Assembly (NCBI GenBank): GCA_963828255.1
Contig: CAWHDZ010000028.1
Span: forward strand, 8,489-72,488
DNA: 64,000 nucleotides
Origin: an uncultured delta proteobacterium
GTDB taxonomy: Bacteria > Myxococcota > Myxococcia > Myxococcales > Anaeromyxobacteraceae
Reading direction: 5' to 3'
The notes beneath the pieces are model-generated. The model ran no database searches and was not told where the DNA came from. It saw only the letters and a list, made by a program, of their open reading frames with translations. The translations under genes were made by a program, and so were the position numbers. Positions 1 to 14,017 of this stretch are shown here, piece by piece; position 1 is the first letter of the stretch, and every line of letters starts with the position of its first letter.

Positions 1-1
1 C

Positions 2-1285
2 GAGGAGCAGCGCCTCGCCACCGAGGCTGCCTCCCGCCACATCGGCCGCGTTCCGCCCAAGGAGCGGTCCCTCATCCGTGCCTGGGTCGCCCACTTCGAC
101 GGCCGCGACGACGAGGCGCTCGAGCACCTCACCTCCCTCGTGGCGTCGAACCCCACCGACGAGGAGGCGATCTACGAGGCCGGCGACCTGCTCTACCACC
201 GGTCGGAGTTCGAGCAGGCCGCTCCCTGGTTCGAGCGGCAGCTCCACCTCGACCCGCAGCTGGCCCACGGCTGGGGGCTCGAGCACCTCGCCCATTCCCT
301 GGGTGCGCTGGGGCGACGCGAGGAGCTGCAGCGTCTGGCCCTCCGGTGGAGCACGGGGCCGGTGAACGTCGCGAACCTGCACGCGCTCGCCACCGCGCTC
401 GCCTGGCTGGGAGACCTGCCGGGCGCGGCGGCGGCCGCCCGGAGGGAGGAGGCGGCGGGCGGCGGGCTCTCGGCCCTGGAGGACCAGGCCTACGTGGCCA
501 TCATGGCCGGCCAGTACGACGACGTCCGCCAGGCCCTCGAACCGCTCACCAGGCCGGGGAGCCCGGCCCGGGCCTTCGGGTACCTGGCGCTCGTGGCCAT
601 GGACGGGTACCAGGGGCGGCGCGCCGAAGGGCGGAGCAGGCTCGACGCCATGGCGCGCGAGCTCGGCCCCGCCGGGCAGGACGCCCTGGTCCGGGGCATG
701 CGCATCCAGTACCTGGCCGGGGACGGCGACGAGAAGGCGCTGCGCCAGGAGGTGGAGGGGCTCCGGGCGCTCGACCCGGAGGCGGCGGCCGTGCACGCTC
801 CGCTCCTCGCATGGCTGGGGATGGTGGAGGACGCGACACGACTGGCTCCCCACCTCCGCAAGGGGTCGCCCCGGCAGCGCACCCTCGATGCGGTGCTCCT
901 CTGGCAGGAAGGCCGGCGCGAGGAGGGGCTCCGGCGCCTCAGGGAGATCGCGCGGACGTCGCCGTACGACGTGGACTTCGGCCTGGCGCCGGCCTTCATC
1001 GTCGCCGACCTGGCGGCGCGGTCGGGCGCCGACGCCGAGGCGGTGGATGGATTCCGCCGGTTCCGCGCGCTCGTCATCCCCACCTCGATGTGGCGGAGCT
1101 GGGCGCTTCCCCGCTCGCTGGTGCTGGAGGCCGAGGCGCTCATGCGGCTGGGGCGGGTCGCCGAGGCGCAGGAGACCCTCGGGAGATTTGACGCGGAGTG
1201 GAGCATGGCCGACGACGGCCTGCCGCTGCTCGCGCGCGCCGACGAGGTCGCCGGGCGGATTCCTGCGGCCGGGGGCGGGAACTGA
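2..1285 (+). CDS. TPR-repeat protein, 5'-truncated (possibly the C-terminus of a Ser/Thr kinase-TPR protein)
   Basis: Frame is open from base 2 to TGA at 1285; helical TPR-like repeats (AIYEAGDLLYHRSEFEQAAPWFERQL); directly upstream of an ECF sigma gene. Any kinase domain would lie outside the window. Confidence 0.7.
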   Translation, partial: EEQRLATEAASRHIGRVPPKERSLIRAWVAHFDGRDDEALEHLTSLVASNPTDEEAIYEAGDLLYHRSEFEQAAPWFERQLHLDPQLAHGWGLEHLAHSLGALGRREELQRLALRWSTGPVNVANLHALATALAWLGDLPGAAAAARREEAAGGGLSALEDQAYVAIMAGQYDDVRQALEPLTRPGSPARAFGYLALVAMDGYQGRRAEGRSRLDAMARELGPAGQDALVRGMRIQYLAGDGDEKALRQEVEGLRALDPEAAAVHAPLLAWLGMVEDATRLAPHLRKGSPRQRTLDAVLLWQEGRREEGLRRLREIARTSPYDVDFGLAPAFIVADLAARSGADAEAVDGFRRFRALVIPTSMWRSWALPRSLVLEAEALMRLGRVAEAQETLGRFDAEWSMADDGLPLLARADEVAGRIPAAGGGN

Positions 1286-1286
1286 C

Positions 1287-1847
1287 GTGACGCTCGACCT
1301 CCGCGTCCGCGAGCTCCTGTCCGGGGCCGACCTCGACGGCGCAGCCACGGTCGCGCTCGAGGAGCTGGGGCCGCACATCCTGGGCTGGCTCCGGGCGCTC
1401 CACGGAAAGGACGACGGCGACGAGGTCTTCGCCGAGTTCGCCGAGCGGGTCTGGAAGGGGCTTCCCGCCTTCCGGGGCGAGAGCCCGCTGCGCGCATGGG
1501 CCTACCGGATCGCCTGGAACGCCTCCAACAGCTTCCGCGACGACGCCTGGCGGCGCCGCCGCCAGCGCCTCGCCACCAGCGCGGCCAACAATCTGGCGGT
1601 GCGGCTCAGCCAGTCGGCGGGGGTGGGCCGCGAGGAGCTTCGCCTGGCCCGCCTCCGAGAGCTGCTCCCGGCCGAGGACCACGCGCTGCTCGTGCTCCGG
1701 CTCGACCGGGAGATGGCCTGGGAGGAGATCGCCCACGTGCTCTCCGCGTCCGGGCCGCTGGTCTCGGCGGCTGCGCTCCGCAAGCGCTACGAGCGGCTGA
1801 AGGAGCGGCTGGCGCGCCGGGCGCGCGACGAGGGGCTGGTGGACTGA
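1287..1847 (+). CDS. ECF-type sigma-70 family RNA polymerase sigma factor
   Basis: GTG 1 nt after the upstream stop; region 2 motif (VWKGLPAFRGESPLRAWAYRIAWN) and region 4 (LLVLRLDREMAWEEIAHVL). Confidence 0.85.
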   Translation: MTLDLRVRELLSGADLDGAATVALEELGPHILGWLRALHGKDDGDEVFAEFAERVWKGLPAFRGESPLRAWAYRIAWNASNSFRDDAWRRRRQRLATSAANNLAVRLSQSAGVGREELRLARLRELLPAEDHALLVLRLDREMAWEEIAHVLSASGPLVSAAALRKRYERLKERLARRARDEGLVD

Positions 1848-2104
1848 ACATCGCCGTGGTGGTCGTGGTGGTCTTCTGGGCGCTGGCGATGCGCCCCGTG
1901 CTCCGGCTCATCCACCCCTCTGCGGCCTCCGGCGCCCGCCGCGCCCCGGACGGACGCGGCGTCGAACCGCTCTCCGGGTCCCGTTGATCCCCCCGGCCTG
2001 GGCCGGACTAAGCGCTCGACGCCGGGGGTTGGCGATGCGAGAATCCGCCGCCCCGTATGCCCCGTTTGGGGCGCACCCGGTTCACGCACCCCAGGACGGT
2101 CACG

Positions 2105-4384
2105 ATGAAGACGTTGCTCGCGTTCCTCGCCTCGCTGAAGCTCGCAGTCATCCTGCTCGTCCTGCTGCTCGTGGGGCTCTCGGCCGGGACCATCGTCGAA
2201 TCCCGCGCCGGCGTGGAGGTGGCGGGAAGGGTCGTCTACTACTCCTGGTGGTTCCTCTTCCTGCAGGGGCTCCTCGCGGTCAACGTGGCGCTCTCGATCG
2301 CCGACCTCTTCCCGTGGGGAAAGAAGCGGATCGGATTCGTGGTCCTGCACGCCTCGCTGCTGCTCATCTTCGCCGGCTCCGCCGTCACCTACTTCTTCAA
2401 GACCGAGGGTTCGCTCTTCCTCTGGGAGGGGGAGACCGGCTTCCAGATCGTCGAGCGGGACCGCGAGAACCGGGTGGTGTCCACGCACGACCTGCCCTTC
2501 GCCGTGACCCTGCAGGACTTCGTGCTCGAGACCTACGAGGGCACGATGCGGCCGTCCGGCTTCAAGAGCATCGTCAAGGTCACCGACCGTGACACGGGCA
2601 CGCTCTACGATGCGAAGATCTGGATGAACAACCCGCTCGAGCACCGGGGCTACACGCTCTTCCAGTCGAGCTACCAGCAGGACGGCGGCCGGGAGGCCAC
2701 GGTGCTGTCGGTGGCCAAGGACCCCGGCCAGAACATCGTCTTCGCCGGCTACATCACCCTGGTGCTGGGCATGATCGTCGTGCTCTTCACCCGGGTCGGG
2801 CAGTCCCGCGAGCGGGCCGCGCAGGAGGCGCGCGACGCCCTCTCCGGGGCCGGCAAGGTCGCGGTCGGGTTGCTCCTCGCCGCCCTGTCGGGGACCGCGC
2901 TCGCCGCCACCCCCGCCGACGCCCTGCGCCGCCTGCCGGTCCAGCACGACGGGCGGAGCATGCCGTTCGACACGCTGGCGCGCGAGGCGGTCTGGAACGT
3001 CACCGGGGCCTACTCCTGGCACGGGGAGGACCCGGTGGTCACCGTCATCGGCTGGATCACCGACCCTGCGGCCGCCGCCAACGCCTCCCTCGTGAAGGTG
3101 GGAAGCGCCGACCTGGCCCGGGAGATCGGGCTGCCCACTGGCACCACCCACGCCTCCTTCCTCCAGATCGTCCGGACGCAGCGGGCCATCCAGCTCATGG
3201 AGCAGGCCCGCCAGGAGGAGCAGCAGGGGCGCCCGCGGACCGGGGTCGTCCAGGACGCCGAGAAGCTCGAGCCGCGCCTCATGAAGCTGCAGTCGTTCCT
3301 CTCCCGCGAGGCGGTCCGCATGGTGCCGGTGGTCGGCAATCCCAACGCGCGCTGGGGCGCCCCCGAGACGCTGACGGCCGACGTCATGGGCGCCATCGCC
3401 GCCGGGCCCCGCCTGCCCGGATGGCCCGCCCCGGAGAAGATCGAGACCGAGATCCGCTACAACCAGGTGAACCCGGTCCGGCTCTCCTGGATCATCCTGC
3501 TGGCCTCGCTGCTGGTCTCGATCGTCGCCATGGTGCGCGGGAGCAAGCTCCTCGACTGGGCGGCCTTCGGGTTGCTCGTGGCCGGTTTCGTCATGATGAG
3601 CTGGGGCATCCTGCTCCGCTGGGAATCGGGCGACCGGATCCCGGCCGCCAACATGTACGAGTCGATGCTCTTCCTGGCCTGGGGCGTCGGCTTCTTCGCC
3701 GTGATCGCCTACGCCTTCATGCGCAACAAGGTGGTGGTGCTGAACGCCGCGGTCATGGCCGCGCTCACCATGGCGCTCACCGACCTGCTCCCCATCGACC
3801 GGTTCATCCACCCCATCGCGCCGGTGCTGGCCGGCACCCCATGGCTCGCCATCCACGTGCCCATCATCATGGTGGGCTACGCGGTCCTGGCGCTGGGACT
3901 CGTGGTGGCCCACATGCAGATCGGGTTCACCATCTTCGCGCCCCGGAAGGTCGAGGTGATCGACCGCATGTACGACCTGCTCTACTGGTACATGTTCGTG
4001 GGCTCGATCCTGCTCATCGCCGGGATCCTCACCGGCTCGATGTGGGCCGCCTCCTCCTGGGGGCGCTACTGGGGCTGGGATCCCAAGGAGGTCTGGTCGC
4101 TCGTGGCCTTCCTCTGCTACATGGCCATCCTCCACGCCAAGGTGGACAAGATGATCGGCCAGTTCGGGGTGGCCGCCATCAGCATCGCCGCCTTCCAGAC
4201 CATCCTCTTCACCTACCTGGGCGTGAACTTCGTCCTCACCACCGGCATGCACTCCTACGGCATGGGTGATTCACCCGTGGTGATGTGGATGCTCATCACC
4301 GCGCTGGTGGAGCTGGCCTTCCTGGCCTGGGGCTGGGTGGCCTTCCGGAAGAACCGGGCGCTGCTCGAGGGCGCCTCGGCGTAG
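2105..4384 (+). CDS. ccsBA: Fused system II cytochrome c biogenesis protein (ResB/CcsB-CcsA, heme lyase)
   Basis: N-terminal ResB-like TM region (LASLKLAVILL...VYYSWWF...IWMNNPL), C-terminal CcsA WWD motif WGRYWGWDPKEVW and GMHSYG. Confidence 0.9.
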   Translation: MKTLLAFLASLKLAVILLVLLLVGLSAGTIVESRAGVEVAGRVVYYSWWFLFLQGLLAVNVALSIADLFPWGKKRIGFVVLHASLLLIFAGSAVTYFFKTEGSLFLWEGETGFQIVERDRENRVVSTHDLPFAVTLQDFVLETYEGTMRPSGFKSIVKVTDRDTGTLYDAKIWMNNPLEHRGYTLFQSSYQQDGGREATVLSVAKDPGQNIVFAGYITLVLGMIVVLFTRVGQSRERAAQEARDALSGAGKVAVGLLLAALSGTALAATPADALRRLPVQHDGRSMPFDTLAREAVWNVTGAYSWHGEDPVVTVIGWITDPAAAANASLVKVGSADLAREIGLPTGTTHASFLQIVRTQRAIQLMEQARQEEQQGRPRTGVVQDAEKLEPRLMKLQSFLSREAVRMVPVVGNPNARWGAPETLTADVMGAIAAGPRLPGWPAPEKIETEIRYNQVNPVRLSWIILLASLLVSIVAMVRGSKLLDWAAFGLLVAGFVMMSWGILLRWESGDRIPAANMYESMLFLAWGVGFFAVIAYAFMRNKVVVLNAAVMAALTMALTDLLPIDRFIHPIAPVLAGTPWLAIHVPIIMVGYAVLALGLVVAHMQIGFTIFAPRKVEVIDRMYDLLYWYMFVGSILLIAGILTGSMWAASSWGRYWGWDPKEVWSLVAFLCYMAILHAKVDKMIGQFGVAAISIAAFQTILFTYLGVNFVLTTGMHSYGMGDSPVVMWMLITALVELAFLAWGWVAFRKNRALLEGASA

Positions 4385-4400
4385 GCGGGAGCGCCACGGC

Positions 4401-4718
4401 TCAAGGCTGCCGTCCGGGGAAGGTGATCCCTTCCTCGGGGCAGCGCGCCGCGCATTTCCCGCAGGTGTCGCGGCAGTCCTGCGGCCGGGCCACCCGGGCG
4501 TGCTTGTCGTGCCGGCCCATGGCGAAGACGCCCGCCGGGCACTCGTCGAGGCAGGTGCCGCAGCCGCGGCAGGCGCCGGCCTCGATGTTGGGCGCCCAGG
4601 AGACCCCGCCGGGGACGCCGTGCGAGGAGGAGGCGGCGGGCGCGGACGGAGGACGGGCCGGGGCGTCGATCGCGCCCTCCCCCTTCCTTCCGATTCCCAG
4701 CGAATCCCAGAGTCCCAT
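4401..4718 (-). CDS. Small 4Fe-4S dicluster ferredoxin (105 aa)
   Basis: C-terminus of the long antisense ORF; ATG at 4718 with GGAGAAG upstream; motifs CRGCGTCLDECP and CRDTCGKCAARCP. Confidence 0.85.
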   Translation of the reverse strand: MGLWDSLGIGRKGEGAIDAPARPPSAPAASSSHGVPGGVSWAPNIEAGACRGCGTCLDECPAGVFAMGRHDKHARVARPQDCRDTCGKCAARCPEEGITFPGRQP

Positions 4719-4856
4719 TCCGCTTCTCCGCGCCCGTGGAACCCGGGAAACTAGCGGATCCTTCCTCCGATCGGAAGCCGGCGGGGTGGGGCGCCGGGGG
4801 TCGGGCGGCCGGCACCTTGCGATCGGTCCGCCTTCGTGGAAAGTTCCGGCCCCTCC

Positions 4857-6521
<1,665 letters not shown>

Positions 6522-6535
6522 GAGGATCCCCCGCG

Positions 6536-7777
6536 ATGACCACCGCCGCCCTTCCCGCTGTCGCCGCGCTGCTCCTCGGCGCCTCGTTCACGTCGCCCCC
6601 CAAGACCAGCGTGGCTTGCGTCGAATGCCACGCCACGAGCACGCCCGGGATCGTCTCCGACTGGAGGCTCTCCCGCCACGCCGCGGTCTCGGTGGCCTGT
6701 GCCGACTGTCACGGCACGGAACACGAGGGGCCCGCCGACGCGGCGAAGGCCCGGCTGCCCGGCCCGGACACCTGCGCCCGCTGCCACGCCACGCAGGTGA
6801 AGCAGTACCAGGGGTCGAAGCACGCGCTGGCCTGGGCCGCCATGATGGCCATGCCCACCTTCCACTACCAGCCTGCGGTGCTCACCGACGGCCTCAAGGG
6901 CTGCGGCGGCTGCCACGCCATCGGGCTGCGGGAGCCGGCCGACCAGAAGGCCATCTCCCGGGAGTCCGGACGCGACTACGGGGCGGGGAGCTGCGACTCC
7001 TGCCACACCCGCCACACCTTCTCGGTGAAGGAGGCCCGCGAGCCGCAGGCGTGCAAGAGCTGCCACATGGGGTTCGACCACGCCCAGTGGGAGATGTACG
7101 ACGCCTCCAAGCACGGCGTGCGCCACGAGCTCGTGAAGCTGGGCGCGCTGCCTCCCACGGCCTCCGCCCCCACCTGCCAGACCTGCCACATGCAGGGCGG
7201 GGACCACGGCGTCATGACCGGCTGGGGGTTCCTGGGAGTGCGCCTGCCGCTCCCCGAGGACCCACAGTGGAAGGCCGACCAGACCACCATCCTCAAGGCC
7301 CTCGGGGTCCTCGACCCTTCGGGCAAGCCCACCACCTTCCTGGAGGTGGTGAAGGGGGCCAAGGTGGCGCGCCTCACGAACGACGAGTGGCAGGCGCAGC
7401 GCGACCGGATGATCGTGGCCTGCAAGGGGTGCCACGCCGAGGGTTTCGCCCGGTCGCAGCTCCAGCGCGGCGACCGGACGCTCCGGGAGGCCGACCGGCT
7501 CATGGCCGAGGCCATCGAGATCGTGGCCGGGCTCTACCGCGACGGGCTCCTCCAGAAGGGGAAGGAGCAGCGCTTCGCCTACCCCAACGTGCTGCAGTTC
7601 CACGACGCGGGGAGCCCGATCGAGCTCCGGCTCTTCGTGATGTTCATGGACCACCGGATGAAGGCCTTCCAGGGCGCGTTCCACGAAAGCCCCGACCACG
7701 CGCTCTGGTACGGATGGAGCGAGATGCAGCGCGACCTCGTGGAGATCCGGGCGGCGGCGAAGGCGATGCGGCGCTAG
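6536..7777 (+). CDS. Octaheme cytochrome c, hydroxylamine oxidoreductase (HAO)-family
   Basis: Signal peptide; 8 CxxCH motifs (CVECH, CADCH, CARCH, CGGCH, CDSCH, CKSCH, CQTCH, CKGCH); HAO-type CHTRHTFS...EAREP..C..CHMGFDH and C-terminal GAFHESPDHALWYGW. Confidence 0.88.
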   Translation: MTTAALPAVAALLLGASFTSPPKTSVACVECHATSTPGIVSDWRLSRHAAVSVACADCHGTEHEGPADAAKARLPGPDTCARCHATQVKQYQGSKHALAWAAMMAMPTFHYQPAVLTDGLKGCGGCHAIGLREPADQKAISRESGRDYGAGSCDSCHTRHTFSVKEAREPQACKSCHMGFDHAQWEMYDASKHGVRHELVKLGALPPTASAPTCQTCHMQGGDHGVMTGWGFLGVRLPLPEDPQWKADQTTILKALGVLDPSGKPTTFLEVVKGAKVARLTNDEWQAQRDRMIVACKGCHAEGFARSQLQRGDRTLREADRLMAEAIEIVAGLYRDGLLQKGKEQRFAYPNVLQFHDAGSPIELRLFVMFMDHRMKAFQGAFHESPDHALWYGWSEMQRDLVEIRAAAKAMRR

Positions 7778-7786
7778 GATCCGGCC

Positions 7787-8473
7787 GTGACCGACATCCA
7801 GAAGCGGATCGAGGAAGGGCGCGCGGCGCTCCGGCAGCGTTTCGGCGCTGCCATGCAGGCCACTCCATCGCTCTCCGACGCCACCCCCCAGGGCGAGGGA
7901 CCGAAGAACCGGCACGGGATGCCCCAGGTTCCGCCCCGCCAGAATGTCCTCGCGAGCTGGCCCGTCCTCGACTGCGCCGACCAGCCGGTCGTCTCCACCG
8001 AGCGCTGGGAGCTTCGCATCGAGGGGGAGGTCGAGGAGCCCCTGCGCTTCACCTGGGCCGATTTCCAGGCGCTCCCGCAGGCCGAGGACGTGTCCGACTT
8101 CCACTGCGTCACCGGGTGGAGCAAGCTCGACATGCGCTGGGAGGGGGTTCGCTTCGAGACGCTGGCCGCGCTGGCGCGCCCGACGCTGGCCGCAACGCAC
8201 GTCATGTTCCACTCCTACGACGGCTACTCCTCCAACCTGCCGCTCGAGGAGGCGCTCAAGGCCGACGTGATCCTGGCGCACCGGGTGGACGGCGAGCCGC
8301 TGCCCACCGAGCACGGCGGACCGGTCCGGGTGGTGACGCCGCAGCTGTGGGCGTGGAAGGGGGCCAAGTGGGTGCGGCGCGTGGAGTTCATGCCCCACGA
8401 CCGGCGCGGCTACTGGGAGATCCGCGGCTACTCCAACACGGCCTGGCCCTGGCGGGACGACCGGGACTGGTAG
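7787..8473 (+). CDS. Molybdopterin-dependent oxidoreductase (sulfite oxidase/YedY-like family)
   Basis: DFHCVTGWS, YSSNLPL, EHGGPVRVVTPQLWAWKGAKWV and GYWE motifs; no signal peptide. Confidence 0.9.
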   Translation: MTDIQKRIEEGRAALRQRFGAAMQATPSLSDATPQGEGPKNRHGMPQVPPRQNVLASWPVLDCADQPVVSTERWELRIEGEVEEPLRFTWADFQALPQAEDVSDFHCVTGWSKLDMRWEGVRFETLAALARPTLAATHVMFHSYDGYSSNLPLEEALKADVILAHRVDGEPLPTEHGGPVRVVTPQLWAWKGAKWVRRVEFMPHDRRGYWEIRGYSNTAWPWRDDRDW

Positions 8474-8487
8474 GGGCGCGGGCGCCG

Positions 8488-8868
8488 CTACTTCTTGGCG
8501 AAGCGCCGGTAGAACTCGACGACCTGCGCGGCGGCGCCCTTCCGGTCGAGGGTCTCGGGGATGTCTCCCTCCTCCGGCCCCTCCACCCAGATGCCGCCGC
8601 AGGCCTCGCAGGTGTCGTAGTGGAGCGACTTCTTCTCGCCGCCCTCGACCTCGACCAGGTCCACCTGGCAGGCCGGGCACAGGCCGGCCATCTCCTCGGT
8701 GTTCAGGAACCCGCCGATGGAGGTGAGGGCGGGGAGGTTGCCGTGGACCAGGAAGCGGTTGACGTCGCCGTTCTCCAACCAGAGCCCACCGCAGTCGGAG
8801 CACCTCTGCATGACGCTGTCGTCACCGGGGATCTCCGTCATCTCGACACTGCAACGTGGGCAATCCAT
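8488..8868 (-). CDS. Double zinc-ribbon (zf-TFIIB-like) protein
   Basis: CPRC...CSDCGGLW and CPAC...CEACGGIW repeats; GGAGG RBS upstream. Confidence 0.8.
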   Translation of the reverse strand: MDCPRCSVEMTEIPGDDSVMQRCSDCGGLWLENGDVNRFLVHGNLPALTSIGGFLNTEEMAGLCPACQVDLVEVEGGEKKSLHYDTCEACGGIWVEGPEEGDIPETLDRKGAAAQVVEFYRRFAKK

Positions 8869-8994
8869 GAGAATTGGTCCTCCTCCAGGACCGGGCTCCG
8901 CAACGGGTATGGGGGGCTTGGTATGGCTCGTCGGGAAGCGCTGTGCGGATGATAACGAGAAGCACCGCCGCGGATCAACGTACTTGGACGTCCG

Positions 8995-9620
8995 TCAGGC
9001 CTCCGCGACCGATCGGAGGGCCTCGACCAGGCGTCGGAGCCGCTCGGCGTGGAGCTTCAGGGCCACCCGGTTGACGATCAGCCGGGCCGAGACCTCGAGG
9101 ACCGTCTCCTCGACGACGAGGCCGTTGGCGCGCAGGGTCTCGCCGGTCTCGGTGATGTCCACGATCAGGTCGGCGAGCCCCAGCGACGGGGCGACCTCGA
9201 TCGACCCGTGCAGCGGGATGATCTCGGCGGGGATGCCCTTCCGGGCGAAGTGACGGGCGGCCAGGTTCACGTACTTGGTGGCCACGCGCGGGGCCACGCC
9301 GCGGGGCAGGAGGCGCGCGCTGCGGGGGCGCCCCACGATCACCTTGCAGCGGCCGATGCCCAGGTCGAGTGGCTCGTAGAGGTCGCGCGGGTCCTCGCGG
9401 AGAACGTCGAGGCCGGCCACGCCCACGTCGGCAGCCCCGTGCTCCACGTAGCTCGCCACGTCGGCGGCGCGGATGGAGATGAAGCGCAGGCCGTGCTCGG
9501 GCGAGTCGGCGGCGAGCTTGCGGGTGTTCTCGAGAAGGCGCTTGGGGGAGACGCCGAGCGCGCGCTCGAAGAGCAGGGAGGCCTCACCGAGGAGCCGACC
9601 CTTGGGGATGGCGACGGAGA

Positions 9621-9624
<4 letters not shown>
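8995..9624 (-). CDS. hisG: ATP phosphoribosyltransferase, short form
   Basis: GTG overlaps the murA stop; [41 protein letters not shown]; ~209 aa, no C-terminal regulatory domain. Confidence 0.95.
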
Positions 9625-10889
<1,265 letters not shown>

Positions 10890-10917
10890 CGGTGATGGGT
10901 CTCGGAGGGCTGCGATT

Positions 10918-11775
10918 CTAGGACGGGGCTGGGAGGCGCGCCACCACCCAGCGCGGGAGGCCGGCCAGATCGCGCCCGACCTCGGCCGTGGCGAAGCCGG
11001 CGGCCAGGCACAGCGCCGGCAGCGCCGTCGCATGGCTCTCGTGGATTTCCAGACACAGCAAGCCCTCCGGGCGGAGCCGGGAGGGCGCGCAGGACACGAT
11101 GCGACGCAAGAGATCCATCCCGTCCACCCCCCCATCCAGCGCGATCACGGGCTCCCTCCGCACCTCCCGTGCGAGCCCGGCGATCTCGCCGGAAGGGATG
11201 TAGGGCGGATTCGCGACGATCACGTCGAACCTCTCCCCCGCGGGGATCGGCCCGTCCAGATCCCCCTCGAGGAACTCGACCCCGGCCCCCAGCGTCCCCG
11301 CGTTCTCCCGCGCCACCGCCAGCGCCTCCGGCGAGATCTCGGTCGCCACCACCCGGGCGTCGGGCCGCGAAAGCGCCACCGAGACCGCGATGCACCCCGA
11401 TCCGGTGCACAGGTCGAGCAGCGCGCCCCCCCGAGGAAGGGCCGCGATGGCCGCCTCCACCAGGAGCTCCGTCTCCGGCCTGGGCACCAGCACCGCGGGC
11501 CCGACCCGGAAGTCGTTCCCCAGGAAGGCCCGCCGCCCGGTCAGCCAGGCAGTGGGCTCGCCGGCGGCGCGGCGGCGGACCAGTTCCCGGAAGGCGGTGA
11601 GCTCGGTCGGCCCCATCGGCTTGTCGAAGTCGAGGTAGAGCCTCACCCGGTCGCAGGACAGCGCGTGGGCCAGCAGGATCTCGGCGGTGAGCCGGGGCGC
11701 GTCCACGCCCCCCTTGGCGAAGAAGCCCTGCGTCCAGGAGAGGAGCCGGAGCGGGGTCCAGGCCTCGTCGGTCAA
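10918..11775 (-). CDS. prmC: Release factor glutamine methyltransferase
   Basis: [21 protein letters not shown] and ALDGG motifs; downstream of prfA. Confidence 0.95.
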   Translation of the reverse strand: MTDEAWTPLRLLSWTQGFFAKGGVDAPRLTAEILLAHALSCDRVRLYLDFDKPMGPTELTAFRELVRRRAAGEPTAWLTGRRAFLGNDFRVGPAVLVPRPETELLVEAAIAALPRGGALLDLCTGSGCIAVSVALSRPDARVVATEISPEALAVARENAGTLGAGVEFLEGDLDGPIPAGERFDVIVANPPYIPSGEIAGLAREVRREPVIALDGGVDGMDLLRRIVSCAPSRLRPEGLLCLEIHESHATALPALCLAAGFATAEVGRDLAGLPRWVVARLPAPS

Positions 11776-11797
11776 GGCGCCCCCAGGCCCGCCGTCT

Positions 11798-12913
<1,116 letters not shown>

Positions 12914-12921
12914 GGGAGCGG

Positions 12922-13124
12922 TTACTTACCCCCGGCGGGACCGGGGGCAATACCGGGCCGCCCTCGCCCTCGGCCCGGGGGGCGCGCCCGGCGTCGTGGA
13001 GCGCGCGCCGGAGCAGGTACTCGATCTCCCCGTTCAGGCTGCGCAGGTCGTCGTCCGCCCAGCGCTGGAGCGCGGAGAGGACCCGGGGGTCCATGCGCAG
13101 CAGGAAGGGCTTCCGCTCGGCCAC
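12922..13124 (-). CDS. Small Arc/ribbon-helix-helix DNA-binding protein; no in-frame stop as assembled
   Basis: [42 protein letters not shown] is the typical RHH partner of SPFH genes. TAA codons at 12922-12924 and 12926-12928 lie in the two other frames just after a G5 run, so the end coordinate is inferred. Confidence 0.75.
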
Positions 13125-13133
13125 GCGCGCCGC

Positions 13134-14000
13134 CTAGTAGATGGTCCCGGCGTTGATCACCGGGTGGGGGGACCGGTCGCCGCAGAGGACCACGAGAAGG
13201 TTCGAGACCATGGCCGCCTTGCGCTCCTCGTCGAGCTTGACGGTGCCGTGCTGGAGGAGCCGCTCGAGCGCCATCTCCACCATGCTCACCGCGCCCTCCA
13301 CGATCCGGGTCCGGGCGGCGATGATGGCGGCGGCCTGCTGCCGCTGCAGCATGGCCTGGGCGATCTCCGGGGCGTAGGCCAGGTGGCTGATGCGGGCCTC
13401 GAGCACCCGGACGCCGGCCGCGTCCACCCGCTCCTGGACCTCCTTCTGGAGCTGCTCGGCGACCAGCGCCGTCGAGCCGCGCAGGGAAGTCTTCTCCTCC
13501 TCGTGCACGTCGTAGGGATAGCGCGTGGCCAGCCCGCGCAGCGCCGCCTCGCTCTGCACCCGCACGTACTCCGCGTAATCGTCCACCTGGAAGACCGCCT
13601 CCGCGCTGTCCACCACCTTCCAGACCACGATGGCGGCGATCTCCACCGGGTTGCCGTCGAGGTCGTTCACCTTGAGCTTGCCCGACTCGAAGGAGACCAC
13701 GCGGAGCGAGACCTTCTTCTTCATGTAGAACGGGTTGGCCCAGCGCAGTCCGGGCTCCCGCGCCGAACCCACGTACTTGCCGAAGAGCTGGAGCACCTTG
13801 GCCTCGTTCGGGTTCACCACGAACAGTCCCGCGAACAGGAAGGCGACGAAGGCGACCAGGAGCCCGCAGACGAGGATGAGGCCCGGATGGCCGATCCCCA
13901 CCGAGATGACGAGCATCGCCGCGGAGCCCAGCAAGGCGGGAACGAGGAAGAGCAGGACGGTGATGCCGGAGGGGGGGTGCAGCTCCTTTTCGCGGATCAT
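13134..14000 (-). CDS. SPFH/band 7 domain membrane protein
   Basis: Two N-terminal TM helices; [45 protein letters not shown]. Confidence 0.92.
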   Translation of the reverse strand: MIREKELHPPSGITVLLFLVPALLGSAAMLVISVGIGHPGLILVCGLLVAFVAFLFAGLFVVNPNEAKVLQLFGKYVGSAREPGLRWANPFYMKKKVSLRVVSFESGKLKVNDLDGNPVEIAAIVVWKVVDSAEAVFQVDDYAEYVRVQSEAALRGLATRYPYDVHEEEKTSLRGSTALVAEQLQKEVQERVDAAGVRVLEARISHLAYAPEIAQAMLQRQQAAAIIAARTRIVEGAVSMVEMALERLLQHGTVKLDEERKAAMVSNLLVVLCGDRSPHPVINAGTIY

Positions 14001-14017
14001 TTTGGTTCTCCTGGAGG

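Noticed and set aside
1848..1987. Hydrophobic run NIAVVVVVVFWALAMRPVLRLI after the sigma gene, a possible tiny membrane peptide or anti-sigma remnant
   Set aside because: No suitable start codon or RBS before the run; too short to support.
8950..8980. TTGATC-N18-TATCAT promoter-like sequence on the minus strand upstream of the zinc-ribbon gene
   Set aside because: Plausible, but the spacer is suboptimal and there is no independent support.
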